Shown here: in pieces, positions 1-7,858 of the stretch | Layout of the letters: every line of letters begins with the position of its first letter | Position numbering within the stretch: position 1 is the first letter of the stretch | Source of the DNA: Planctomycetota bacterium | GTDB taxonomy: Bacteria > Planctomycetota > UBA1135 > UBA2386 | NCBI GenBank assembly: GCA_041178545.1 | Contig: JBEGVB010000167.1 | Coordinates: 6,438 to 70,437 of the forward strand | Reading direction: 5' to 3' | Length of the DNA: 64,000 nucleotides | Notes under the pieces: generated by a model | What the model was told of the DNA's origin: nothing | The model's input: only the letters and a program-made list of their open reading frames with translations | The model's database searches: none | Program-made: the position numbers and the translations under genes

Positions 1-2
1 TG

Positions 3-1685
3 CTGTGGCTCACCCCGGACCGTGTGCCGGACCAGCCCGTGCTCGACGCACCGTTGCTCGAGGGGCGCACCCTTGCCGATGCCAAGTCCATCCGGTGGCA
101 GCTCGCGGACCAGCCCATGGTCGAGCTGCAGCGCCGCGAGGACGGCGGCTTCCAGCTCACCGAGCCCCTGGTGGACCTTGCCTCGCGGGCTCGCGTTGCC
201 GCGGTTGCTGCTGCCTACGACACGGCACGCATCCTGCCTGCTCGCGAGGGAGCCGCTGCCGACGCGGGCTTCTTGGCGCAGGCAGGCCTCGACAAGCCGC
301 GCGCCTGGTTCGAGGCGGGGTGGCCGGACGGCTCGAAGGTGCGCATCGAACTCGGCGAGCCGGGCTCCCTCGGCTCCGACATCTTCCTGCGGCGCGGCAG
401 CACCATCCACCAGGGTTCGGTGGCCCTCCGCAGCACGCTCGAGGTCGGCCTCGAGGACCTGCGTGAGCGTCAGGTGTTCGCCAACCATCCCCTGGCCGTG
501 TCCTCGGTGCGCGTCGACCGGCTGATGGAGTCGGGTGCACGCGAGGTGATGGAGCTCAAGCGGGTCGACTCCGGCTGGCGCATGGAGCAGCCCATCTCCA
601 CGCGCGTCGAGCCGCAGGCAACACAGTCCTTCCTCGCGCAGTTGCTCGGACTCCGCATCGACCAGTTCCCTGCCTCGGTCATGAGGTTGCCGGAGCGCGA
701 TCCCGACATCCGCGTGCACGTGGAAGGTGGCTTCGGTCCCGAGCAAGTCGACCTCTGGCGCGACACGAGCGGCTACCTGCTCGGCAGGCTCGACAGCCGC
801 AAGATCCGCTTCGCCAGCTCGGACCTCCAGCTGCAGGCCGTGTTCGAGGACGCAGTGGGCCGGTTGCGCGCCCGTTGGCTCGTGCCAGTCGTGAACCCCA
901 CGGAGCAGCTGTTGCGCGTGGTGGTGGACTGGGGCACTGCAGGCCCGCCCAGGCTGGTGCTGGCCCGCGAGTCCGTCCAGTCGCAGTGGATGGTGGTGGA
1001 GCCGGTGAGTGCCCTCGTCGACCCGACGGCCCTCGCCGAACTGGTGCAGGCGGTCAACAACTGCCGGGTGCTGGAGTTCCTGCCCGGCGGCAGTGCCGAG
1101 CCGAGGTACGGCATCGGTCCCGGCTCCGTGCGCGTGACGGTGTTCGCCCTCGAGCAGAAGCAGCCAGCGGTCCTCGTGCTGGGCGGCAGCGGCACGCTCG
1201 GCGAGGCAGCCGTGGCCTACTGTGCGCGCGACGACGAGATGGACCAGGTGGTTGCCGTGCCCGGCCCGGTCGCGGACCTGATGCGGCGCGAGTGGCGCGC
1301 CTACGTGAGCCGAGACGCCCTGCGCCTCGACGTGCCCGTGGGGCGTGTCGAGACGCGGCGAGGCGACCAGCTCCGGGTGTTCGAGCTGCGCAACGGCAAG
1401 TGGTACCGCGACCCGGACGCCATACCGGTGGCGGAGCTGCCAGACCTCGTGGACGAGCTGCGGGACCTGCGCGGCGAGCGCGTGGACGGCGCCCGCCTGC
1501 TCAAGCTCGGCGAGCCGGACTGGACCGTCGCGCTTTGCCGGGGCAATGGCGACCAGCTCGTGGTGTTGCGCGTGTGGGACCGCGGACCGACCGCGCCCCT
1601 GCTGGTGCAGCCCAACAGCCAGCCTGAGCTCGTGTACGAGCTGTCGCCGTACCTCTCGGGCTACGTGCGCGTGCTCTGGCGCTGA
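3..1685 (+). CDS. DUF4340-like protein, 5'-truncated at window edge
   Basis: The frame is open from the first bases of the window. The track ORF is 24..1685 (553 aa) with high GC3. Repeated beta-rich modules with motifs such as 'IFLRRGSTIHQGSVALRSTLEVGLEDLRERQVF' and 'WRMEQP...QSFLAQLLGLRIDQF' resemble the protein at 53965..55182, which follows a GldG-like gene. Confidence 0.5.
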   Translation: MWLTPDRVPDQPVLDAPLLEGRTLADAKSIRWQLADQPMVELQRREDGGFQLTEPLVDLASRARVAAVAAAYDTARILPAREGAAADAGFLAQAGLDKPRAWFEAGWPDGSKVRIELGEPGSLGSDIFLRRGSTIHQGSVALRSTLEVGLEDLRERQVFANHPLAVSSVRVDRLMESGAREVMELKRVDSGWRMEQPISTRVEPQATQSFLAQLLGLRIDQFPASVMRLPERDPDIRVHVEGGFGPEQVDLWRDTSGYLLGRLDSRKIRFASSDLQLQAVFEDAVGRLRARWLVPVVNPTEQLLRVVVDWGTAGPPRLVLARESVQSQWMVVEPVSALVDPTALAELVQAVNNCRVLEFLPGGSAEPRYGIGPGSVRVTVFALEQKQPAVLVLGGSGTLGEAAVAYCARDDEMDQVVAVPGPVADLMRREWRAYVSRDALRLDVPVGRVETRRGDQLRVFELRNGKWYRDPDAIPVAELPDLVDELRDLRGERVDGARLLKLGEPDWTVALCRGNGDQLVVLRVWDRGPTAPLLVQPNSQPELVYELSPYLSGYVRVLWR

Positions 1686-1745
1686 GCGGGCCGACCCCGC
1701 ACTCCGGCGGGTGGATCCGTGCGCAGCCCGGGCTATGGTGCGTTC

Positions 1746-2237
1746 ATGGCACGCAAGGCCGCCGCACGCCGCTACTGGCTCTTCAAGTCGGAGCCCGACG
1801 TCTACTCGTTCCAGGACCTGCTGCGCGACCGCAAGACCTTCTGGGACGGGGTGAGGAACTACCAGGCACGCAACATGCTCCGCGACGACGTCGCGGTGGG
1901 CGACGGGGTGCTCTTCTACCACTCCAACGCCGAGCCCATGGTGGTTGCAGGCCTCTGCAAGGTGACCAAGGCAGGCAGCCCCGACCCCACGGCCTTCGAC
2001 CCGAGGAGCAAGTACCACGACCCGGACAGCGATCCGTCGGACCCGACCTGGTTCGGCGTCGAAGTCGCCCCGGTTTGCGCGTTGGAGCCGCCGCTCGAGC
2101 GCGACCGGCTCAAGTCGGTCCCTGCCCTTGCGGACATGGTGCTGCTGCAGCGTGGCTCCCGGCTCTCCGTCCAGCCCGTCACCGCGGCAGAGTGGCGGGC
2201 AGTCCTCGCGCTCGCAGGCGCAAAGGAGTCCTGGTGA
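1746..2237 (+). CDS. EVE (PUA-like) domain protein
   Basis: 'RYWLFKSEPDVYSFQDLLRDRKTFWDGVRNYQARNMLRDDVAVGDGVLFYHSN' is the hallmark EVE/DUF55 N-terminus. Start taken at the internal ATG 1746 of track ORF 1719..2237. Confidence 0.8.
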   Translation: MARKAAARRYWLFKSEPDVYSFQDLLRDRKTFWDGVRNYQARNMLRDDVAVGDGVLFYHSNAEPMVVAGLCKVTKAGSPDPTAFDPRSKYHDPDSDPSDPTWFGVEVAPVCALEPPLERDRLKSVPALADMVLLQRGSRLSVQPVTAAEWRAVLALAGAKESW

Positions 2238-3133
2238 GAACCGCAACCTCGTTCGCGTTCGCATGTCTCTCCGTGCTCGTGATGGCTGCGTGCACCGACC
2301 ACAAGCAGGCGCCCGAGGCAGGGTTCGTGCTCGGCGGTTTCGCCACCCCTGAGTCGGTGCTCCACGACCCCGTCGACGACGTCTACCTCGTGAGCTGCAT
2401 CGACGGCTCGCCCACGGCCAAGGACGGCAGGGCCTCGATCCAGCGCATCGAGCCCAGCGGCAGGAAGGTCGACGCGGACTTCATCCGCGGAGGTGTCGGT
2501 GGCGTGACCCTCGATGCGCCCAAGGGCATGGCCCTTGCCGGCGACGTGCTCTGGGTTGCGGACATCGACGTGCTGCGCCGCTTCGACCGGGCCACCGGCA
2601 AGCCACTCGGCGACGTTGCGGTCCCCGGTGCCACGTTCCTCAACGACGTGTCTGTCGCTCCGGACGGCTCGGTCTGGGTGACCGACACGGGTTGGGACGC
2701 CGGGATGAGGCCCGCCGGCAACGACTCCATCCACCGTGTCGACCCTGCGGGCACCCTCACCGTGGTCGCGAAGTCGCCGGAGCTCGCAAACCCCAATGGC
2801 ATCGTGGCCACGGCCACGGGTGTCTACTGCGTCGACCTCGGCACAGGCTGGTTCTCGCAGGTCGAGCGCACCGGTCGCCGCACCCCGCTCACCAAGGCTC
2901 CCTCGGGCGGCCTCGACGGTCTCGTACGGTTGCCCGACGGCCGCTGGCTGGCGACCAGCTGGGAGGGAGGCTCCGTCCTCGCCTTCGACCGCCAGGGCGG
3001 CGTGCGCACGGTGGTCGAAGGACTCGACAAGCCTGCGGACCTCGGTCTCGACGCGCTCCGTGGCAGGCTGCTGGTGCCGCTCTTCGCCAAGGGCGAGGTG
3101 CACGTGATCGTCCTCGGACGCGAGGGCACCTGA
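2234..3133 (+). CDS. SMP-30/gluconolactonase/LRE-like beta-propeller lipoprotein
   Basis: The GTG start at 2234 overlaps the EVE stop (GTGA). The N-terminus 'VRTATSFAFACLSVLVMAAC' is a lipoprotein signal with a lipobox Cys. Repeated 'P.G.a...d..lwVaD' blades are present ('PKGMALAGDVLWVADI', 'LNDVSVAPDGSVWVTD', 'PNGIVATATGVYCVD'). Confidence 0.65.
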   Translation: MRTATSFAFACLSVLVMAACTDHKQAPEAGFVLGGFATPESVLHDPVDDVYLVSCIDGSPTAKDGRASIQRIEPSGRKVDADFIRGGVGGVTLDAPKGMALAGDVLWVADIDVLRRFDRATGKPLGDVAVPGATFLNDVSVAPDGSVWVTDTGWDAGMRPAGNDSIHRVDPAGTLTVVAKSPELANPNGIVATATGVYCVDLGTGWFSQVERTGRRTPLTKAPSGGLDGLVRLPDGRWLATSWEGGSVLAFDRQGGVRTVVEGLDKPADLGLDALRGRLLVPLFAKGEVHVIVLGREGT

Positions 3134-3456
3134 TGGGTACGCTACGTCCCATGATCCTCGTGCCCTTCTGCGCGACGAAGACGAAGGAACAGACGGAGAC
3201 TCGCACCGAGACCCGCAAGGCGCGCACCTGGAACGTCGTCGTGCACGACGACCCAGTCACGTTGATGGGCTACGTGACCCGCGTCCTGATGATGGTCTTC
3301 GGCTTTCCCAAGGAGAAGGCGCAGAAGCTGATGCTCGAGGTGCACCACAAGGGCCGTTCCATCGTCTGGTCAGGCGGCCGCGAGCAGGCGGAGACCTATG
3401 CCCAGAAGCTGCAGGCGCACCACCTGCTCACCAGCCTGGAGTCCGTGGAGGAGTGA
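3133..3456 (+). CDS. clpS: ATP-dependent Clp protease adaptor ClpS
   Basis: 'WNVVVHDDPVTLMGYVTRVLMMVFGFPKEKAQKLMLEVHHKGRSIVWSGGREQAETYAQKLQAHHL' is a canonical ClpS core. The ATG overlaps the upstream stop (TGATG). An alternative start lies at 3151. Confidence 0.9.
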   Translation: MGTLRPMILVPFCATKTKEQTETRTETRKARTWNVVVHDDPVTLMGYVTRVLMMVFGFPKEKAQKLMLEVHHKGRSIVWSGGREQAETYAQKLQAHHLLTSLESVEE

Positions 3457-3457
3457 C

Positions 3458-3982
3458 ATGTGGTACGCGCGCACCGACGACGGCTACCTGTTCGGCGAGA
3501 TGCCGAAGCACGCCGTCGAGACTCTGCGCGCGATCCCGATGCTGGTGGAGTCGAGCGACGAGCGTGTGCGGTCGCGCCTGCTGCCAGAGACCTACGAGGA
3601 CCCGGAGGAGGAGGCCGGCTGGCGTGAGCACGCCATGCCCGAGCTGGAGCGGTTGTTCCTGTCCCGTGCGCACCTCGTCCAGCGAGACCTCGACACGATC
3701 CAGAGGATGGAGGACGGGTCGGACAGCTGGATGCTGCACATCAGCAACCAGCACGTGAACGCGTGGCTCTCGAGCCTCAACGCGGCCCGGCTCGCCCTCT
3801 ACGTGCTCAACGACATGACCGAGGCCCACATGGCCCGCGGCGGTCTCGCCAAGGCCTCGCCCAAGCAGCAGGAGGCGATCCTCCGCATCCACTTCATGGC
3901 GGAGCTGCAGGGTGTGCTCATGGGCGACGACTACGACCTCGACGAGGACCCGGGTGCCGGGGGCGCCGAGCAGGAACCCTGA
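3458..3982 (+). CDS. DUF2017-like protein (ClpS-associated)
   Basis: Starts 2 nt after the clpS stop. It is acidic and helical, with 'RLLPETYEDPEEEAGWREHAMPEL' and 'WLSSLNAARLALYVLNDMTE', which match the pattern of the DUF2017 family that usually follows clpS in high-GC Gram-positives. Confidence 0.6.
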   Translation: MWYARTDDGYLFGEMPKHAVETLRAIPMLVESSDERVRSRLLPETYEDPEEEAGWREHAMPELERLFLSRAHLVQRDLDTIQRMEDGSDSWMLHISNQHVNAWLSSLNAARLALYVLNDMTEAHMARGGLAKASPKQQEAILRIHFMAELQGVLMGDDYDLDEDPGAGGAEQEP

Positions 3983-3985
3983 GCG

Positions 3986-5344
3986 TCACGTTGCCGCTCT
4001 TTCGAGTGCCACGTGCGTCTCGAGGTGGCTCGTGTGCGGGAACATGTCGTAGGGCGTGATGGCCGTCGCGCGGTAGCCGTTGGACTGGAGTGCGGCGAGG
4101 TCGTTGACCAGCGTGGCCGGGGAGCACGACACCAGCGCGACCCTGCGGATGCCCAGCGGGGCGAGCCGTGGCGCCAGGTCGCGTGGCATGCCGCTGCGCG
4201 GCGGGTTGAGCGTGGCGACGTCGAACCGCTGCTGCCTGCGCCACAGCTTGTCCGCCGCACGCTCTGCCTTGCCCGCGAGGAACCGGACGTGGGCCATGCC
4301 GTGTGCGAGTGCGCTTGCCGTGGCATCTGCTGCTGCAAAGCGGTCCAGCTCCACGCCGTGCACCGGGTTGCCTGCGGCACCGAGGTGGAGGCCGAGACCG
4401 CCGCTGCCCGAGAACAGGTCGAGCACGCGCTCCTGCGGCTGCAGCGCGAGCGATGCCACCACGTCGGCGTAGAGGCGAGCAGCCAGGCCGGGGTTGGACT
4501 GGGCAAAGCTCGTGGGGGACAGGTCGAGGGTGAACGGACCGAGACTCTGTTGGATGCGCAGCGGGCCGTGAAGGTGCACCAGTCCGCGTCCGAGCAGGCT
4601 GCGGTCGTCCGCGGCGCGCGTGCAGGCCCATACCGAGGCAGTGCCGAGTGCCTGTGCCAGCTCTGCGAGCCAGCCGGGCACGAGGGGTGCCAGGGCAGCC
4701 GGTTCGGTCGGCAGGCCCACGGCAGGGTCGACGGTGAGGATCGCCATGTCGTGGGTGGTGCCGGTGCGGAACATCACCCCGTGCACGAGGGCTGCGTTGC
4801 CACGTCCCACGCCCGAGAGCCATTCCTGCATGCGCACGAGCAGTGCGTCCACCGCGGGCTCGGCGACGAGGCAGGTGTCCACGGGTGCCAGCGTGCGCCG
4901 CGCCGGGTCGACCATGCCGAGGTCCCCGTTGCGAACGACAAAGGCACTGCGGTTCCGGAACCGCACGTCGGTGGGCGAGGGCACGACGGGCCGCAGCAAC
5001 GCGGCCACGGAGTGGCCAAAGGCACGGACGAGCCGTTCGCGCAGCTTGGCGAACTTGTCCTCCCGCTGCTGCACGGGGGACAGGTGCATCAGCGTGCAGC
5101 CGCCGCAGCGTGCGAAGTGCGCGCACGGGGCCTGCACGCGTTCGGCCGCGGGCTCCAGCACCTCCAGCAACGCGGCATCGAGTCTCCGGCCGCGGTCGCG
5201 GACCACCTCGGCGCGCACCAGTTCGCCGGGCAGGGCCTTTGGCACGCGCAGCATGCGCGATCCGTGCCGGCCGATGCCCGCGCCGCCGTAGCCGAGCGCA
5301 TCGATGCGCGTCGTCACGACGGTCCCCGGCGCCACCGCAGCCAT
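3986..5344 (-). CDS. 23S rRNA (uracil-5-)-methyltransferase, RumA/RlmD family
   Basis: N-terminal TRAM-like segment, a Cys cluster 'CAHFARCGGCTLMHL', a SAM motif 'VLDLFSGSGGLGLHLG', then 'ATLNPPRSG' and 'VSCSPATLVNDL...MFPHTSHLETHV'. Start is at the internal ATG 5344 (MAAVAPGTV); the upstream part of track ORF 3986..5728 is Arg-rich and implausible. Confidence 0.85.
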   Translation of the reverse strand: MAAVAPGTVVTTRIDALGYGGAGIGRHGSRMLRVPKALPGELVRAEVVRDRGRRLDAALLEVLEPAAERVQAPCAHFARCGGCTLMHLSPVQQREDKFAKLRERLVRAFGHSVAALLRPVVPSPTDVRFRNRSAFVVRNGDLGMVDPARRTLAPVDTCLVAEPAVDALLVRMQEWLSGVGRGNAALVHGVMFRTGTTHDMAILTVDPAVGLPTEPAALAPLVPGWLAELAQALGTASVWACTRAADDRSLLGRGLVHLHGPLRIQQSLGPFTLDLSPTSFAQSNPGLAARLYADVVASLALQPQERVLDLFSGSGGLGLHLGAAGNPVHGVELDRFAAADATASALAHGMAHVRFLAGKAERAADKLWRRQQRFDVATLNPPRSGMPRDLAPRLAPLGIRRVALVSCSPATLVNDLAALQSNGYRATAITPYDMFPHTSHLETHVALERAAT

Positions 5345-5366
5345 TTCCCCGGCAGACGGGTCCACG

Positions 5367-6032
5367 TCAGCAGTTGACGGGAGCGCAGACCGGCATGAAC
5401 GGCACGAGTTGCATCTCGACCACGTTGGTGAGTTGCGCAGGACCCACCGGGGCGATGTCTTGACGCGCTCCCTGGAACCAGACGCGCACGCCGGCCAGCG
5501 CTGGGACTGCCGGGATCTGGATCGTGTGGTCGCCGCCTGAGCCGGTGAGCAGGCCGCTGGCAAGCGCGAACGTCGGCTGCCCGAGCAGGATCGTGCCGTC
5601 GATGCCGCTGGGCGGCGTGCAACCGAGGGGCAAGAAGTCGGAGCTGAACGCCCCGAACAGCGCCCACTGCCCCAGCGTCGAGGGGCCGACGCGCAGCCGC
5701 ACCGGGCAACCCGGCATCGGCGAGCCACAGCTGGTGAGCTGCGCGGGCGGCGGCGACACCGTCACCACGTCGACCACGCGGCAGAGCAGGCCGATCTCCG
5801 ACCCCGTGACGCGCACGACCTGCCCGTTGTACGGCCTGAGGTCGAGGAGCGAACTGCGCAGGAACACGGCCGTTCCCGCCAAGCGATGGGTCTCGCCCTG
5901 CATGCAGATCGTGGCGCCTGCCAAGGGCTCCAACATGCCGGTGATGCAGACCGGGGTTTGTGCAACCGCAGTCGGTGCCGCGAGGGCGATGGCGAGGACC
6001 GCAAGGGCCCCCGGAATACGGCTCGTGCTCAT
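5367..6032 (-). CDS. Secreted Cys-rich hypothetical protein
   Basis: Signal peptide 'MSTSRIPGALAVLAIALAAPTAVAQ', about 10 Cys, and a C-terminal 'CAPVNC'. GC3 is high. No family recognised. Confidence 0.5.
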   Translation of the reverse strand: MSTSRIPGALAVLAIALAAPTAVAQTPVCITGMLEPLAGATICMQGETHRLAGTAVFLRSSLLDLRPYNGQVVRVTGSEIGLLCRVVDVVTVSPPPAQLTSCGSPMPGCPVRLRVGPSTLGQWALFGAFSSDFLPLGCTPPSGIDGTILLGQPTFALASGLLTGSGGDHTIQIPAVPALAGVRVWFQGARQDIAPVGPAQLTNVVEMQLVPFMPVCAPVNC

Positions 6033-6075
6033 GGTGGGCAGCCTAGTCTGTGCCGGTGCTGCCGTAACCTGCCCC

Positions 6076-7038
6076 TCACCCAAGTGAGACGTCGAGCAGC
6101 ACCTTGAGGGTGCCGCGCCTGCAGGCGTGCGCAAAGGCTTCGTTGGCACCGGCCAGTGGGTAGCGGGCCGCCACCAACCGCTCGACGGGAACCGTGCCCG
6201 CGGCAAGGGCTGCGAGGGCGGGCCCGAAGGGGCCGCACCGCGAGCCCACCAGGCGGAGTTCGTCGACGACCAGCGGTGCGAGGTCGAGCGTCACGGGGCG
6301 CTCGGTGGTGGTCTTGAGCACCACGGTGCCGCGCGGCCGCACGTGCCGCAGGAGCCGCGGCAGGGCCTCGGAGCTGCCGGTGGCGTCGACGGCGAGGTCG
6401 AACGAGCGCGCGGCCGCAAGGTCCTCCTCCAGCATCCCGGTCACGTGGACGGTTCCCGGTGGCAGCAGTGGCTCCCGGTCCGCGTGGCGCCCGGCCACCG
6501 TCACCGGCACGCCGTGCAGGTGCAGTGCCCACGCACACAGCAACCCGAGCTTGCCGTCGCCGGCCACGACCGCGCTGCGGAAGGACCGCACGTCGAGGTC
6601 GTCCGCAAGGTGCAGTGCAGCAGCCAGCGGCTCCACGAAGGTCGCGGCATCGGTCGACACCGAGTCGGGCACGGCATGCAGGTTCTGGTGCGGGAGCGCG
6701 AGCTGTTCGGCAAACGCGCCGCCCAGGCGCGCGATGCCGAGCACGGTGCGCTGCGGGCAGTGGCGCCCGTCCCCGGCCCGGCAGGTGCTGCAGGTGCCGC
6801 ATGCCGCGTTGATCTCGCCGACCACGCGCCTGCCGGCATGGGGGCCGTCGAGCGCCATGCCGACGAACTCATGGCCCGGCACGCCGCGGAACCCCATGTA
6901 GCCGCGCGCCAGTGCCTGGTCGGTGGCGCAGATCCCGGCTCGCAACACACGTACGCGGGTCCAACCCTCGCGCGGTGTCGGCGGCTCGAGGTCGTCGCGC
7001 ACGAGGACCCTGCCCGACTCGAGCACGACGCCGCGCAT
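6076..7038 (-). CDS. Zinc-dependent alcohol/threonine dehydrogenase-like (MDR family) oxidoreductase
   Basis: 'AGICATDQALARGYMGFRGVPGHEFVG' supplies the catalytic Zn ligands, 'CGTCSTCRAGDGRHC' the structural Zn site, and 'VAGDGKLGLL' a Rossmann motif. Start at ATG 7038 (MRGVVLES). Confidence 0.8.
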   Translation of the reverse strand: MRGVVLESGRVLVRDDLEPPTPREGWTRVRVLRAGICATDQALARGYMGFRGVPGHEFVGMALDGPHAGRRVVGEINAACGTCSTCRAGDGRHCPQRTVLGIARLGGAFAEQLALPHQNLHAVPDSVSTDAATFVEPLAAALHLADDLDVRSFRSAVVAGDGKLGLLCAWALHLHGVPVTVAGRHADREPLLPPGTVHVTGMLEEDLAAARSFDLAVDATGSSEALPRLLRHVRPRGTVVLKTTTERPVTLDLAPLVVDELRLVGSRCGPFGPALAALAAGTVPVERLVAARYPLAGANEAFAHACRRGTLKVLLDVSLG

Positions 7039-7045
7039 GCGGGAC

Positions 7046-7846
7046 TCAGTAGCTCTCGTCGCGGGACGGGAAGTTCCCGCTGCGCACGTCGGCACAGTAG
7101 CCCTGGACCGCGCCACGGATCGACTCGTTCAGCTCGAGGTACCTGCGCACGAAGCGCGGCTTGAAGCGCGTGAACAGGCCGAGCATGTCCGCGCTCACGA
7201 GGACCTGGCCGTCGCACCCCGAGCCAGCGCCGATGCCGATGGTGGGCACGGCCACCTCGCGCGTGATGCGGGTGGCGAGTTCGGCAGGGACCTTCTCCAG
7301 CACGATGGCAAAGGCGCCTGCGTCGGCAAGGGCCTGGGCGTCTGCGAGGATGCGATGCGCCTCTGCGGGCTCGGTGCCGCGCGTCTTGTAGGTGCCGAAC
7401 AGGTTGATGCTCTGCGGGGTCAGCCCGAGGTGGCCCATCACCGGGATGCCTGCGTCCACCAGCCGGCGGACGGTTGCCGACACGGCGGCGCCGCCCTCCA
7501 CCTTCACGGCCTCTGCCATGCCTTCCTTCAGCAGGCGCCCGGCATTGCGGAGCGCGTCCTCAGGACTCACCTGGTAGCTGAGGAAGGGCATGTCGGCCAC
7601 GACGAGCGCACGCTTCACCGCGGTGGCCACCACGGACGTGTGGTAGACCATCTGGTCCATGGTGACCGACACGGTGGTGTCGCGGCCCTGCACGACCATC
7701 GCCACCGAGTCGCCCACCAGCACCACGTCCACGCCCGCACCGTCCAGGATTCCGGCGAGCATGTGGTCGTAGGCGGTGAGCGCGACGACCTTCTCGCCGT
7801 CGCGCTTCATCTCCTTCAGGCTCGCCGTGGTGATCTTGGTGCGCAT
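7046..7846 (-). CDS. panB: 3-methyl-2-oxobutanoate hydroxymethyltransferase
   Basis: Full-length match to the PanB pattern: 'VALTAYD', 'VDVVLVGDSVAMVVQG', 'VVADMPFLSY', 'VKVEGG', 'GIPVMGHLGLTPQS', 'PTIGIGAGSGCDGQVLV'. Confidence 0.95.
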   Translation of the reverse strand: MRTKITTASLKEMKRDGEKVVALTAYDHMLAGILDGAGVDVVLVGDSVAMVVQGRDTTVSVTMDQMVYHTSVVATAVKRALVVADMPFLSYQVSPEDALRNAGRLLKEGMAEAVKVEGGAAVSATVRRLVDAGIPVMGHLGLTPQSINLFGTYKTRGTEPAEAHRILADAQALADAGAFAIVLEKVPAELATRITREVAVPTIGIGAGSGCDGQVLVSADMLGLFTRFKPRFVRRYLELNESIRGAVQGYCADVRSGNFPSRDESY

Positions 7847-7858
7847 GCGGGTCGGGTC

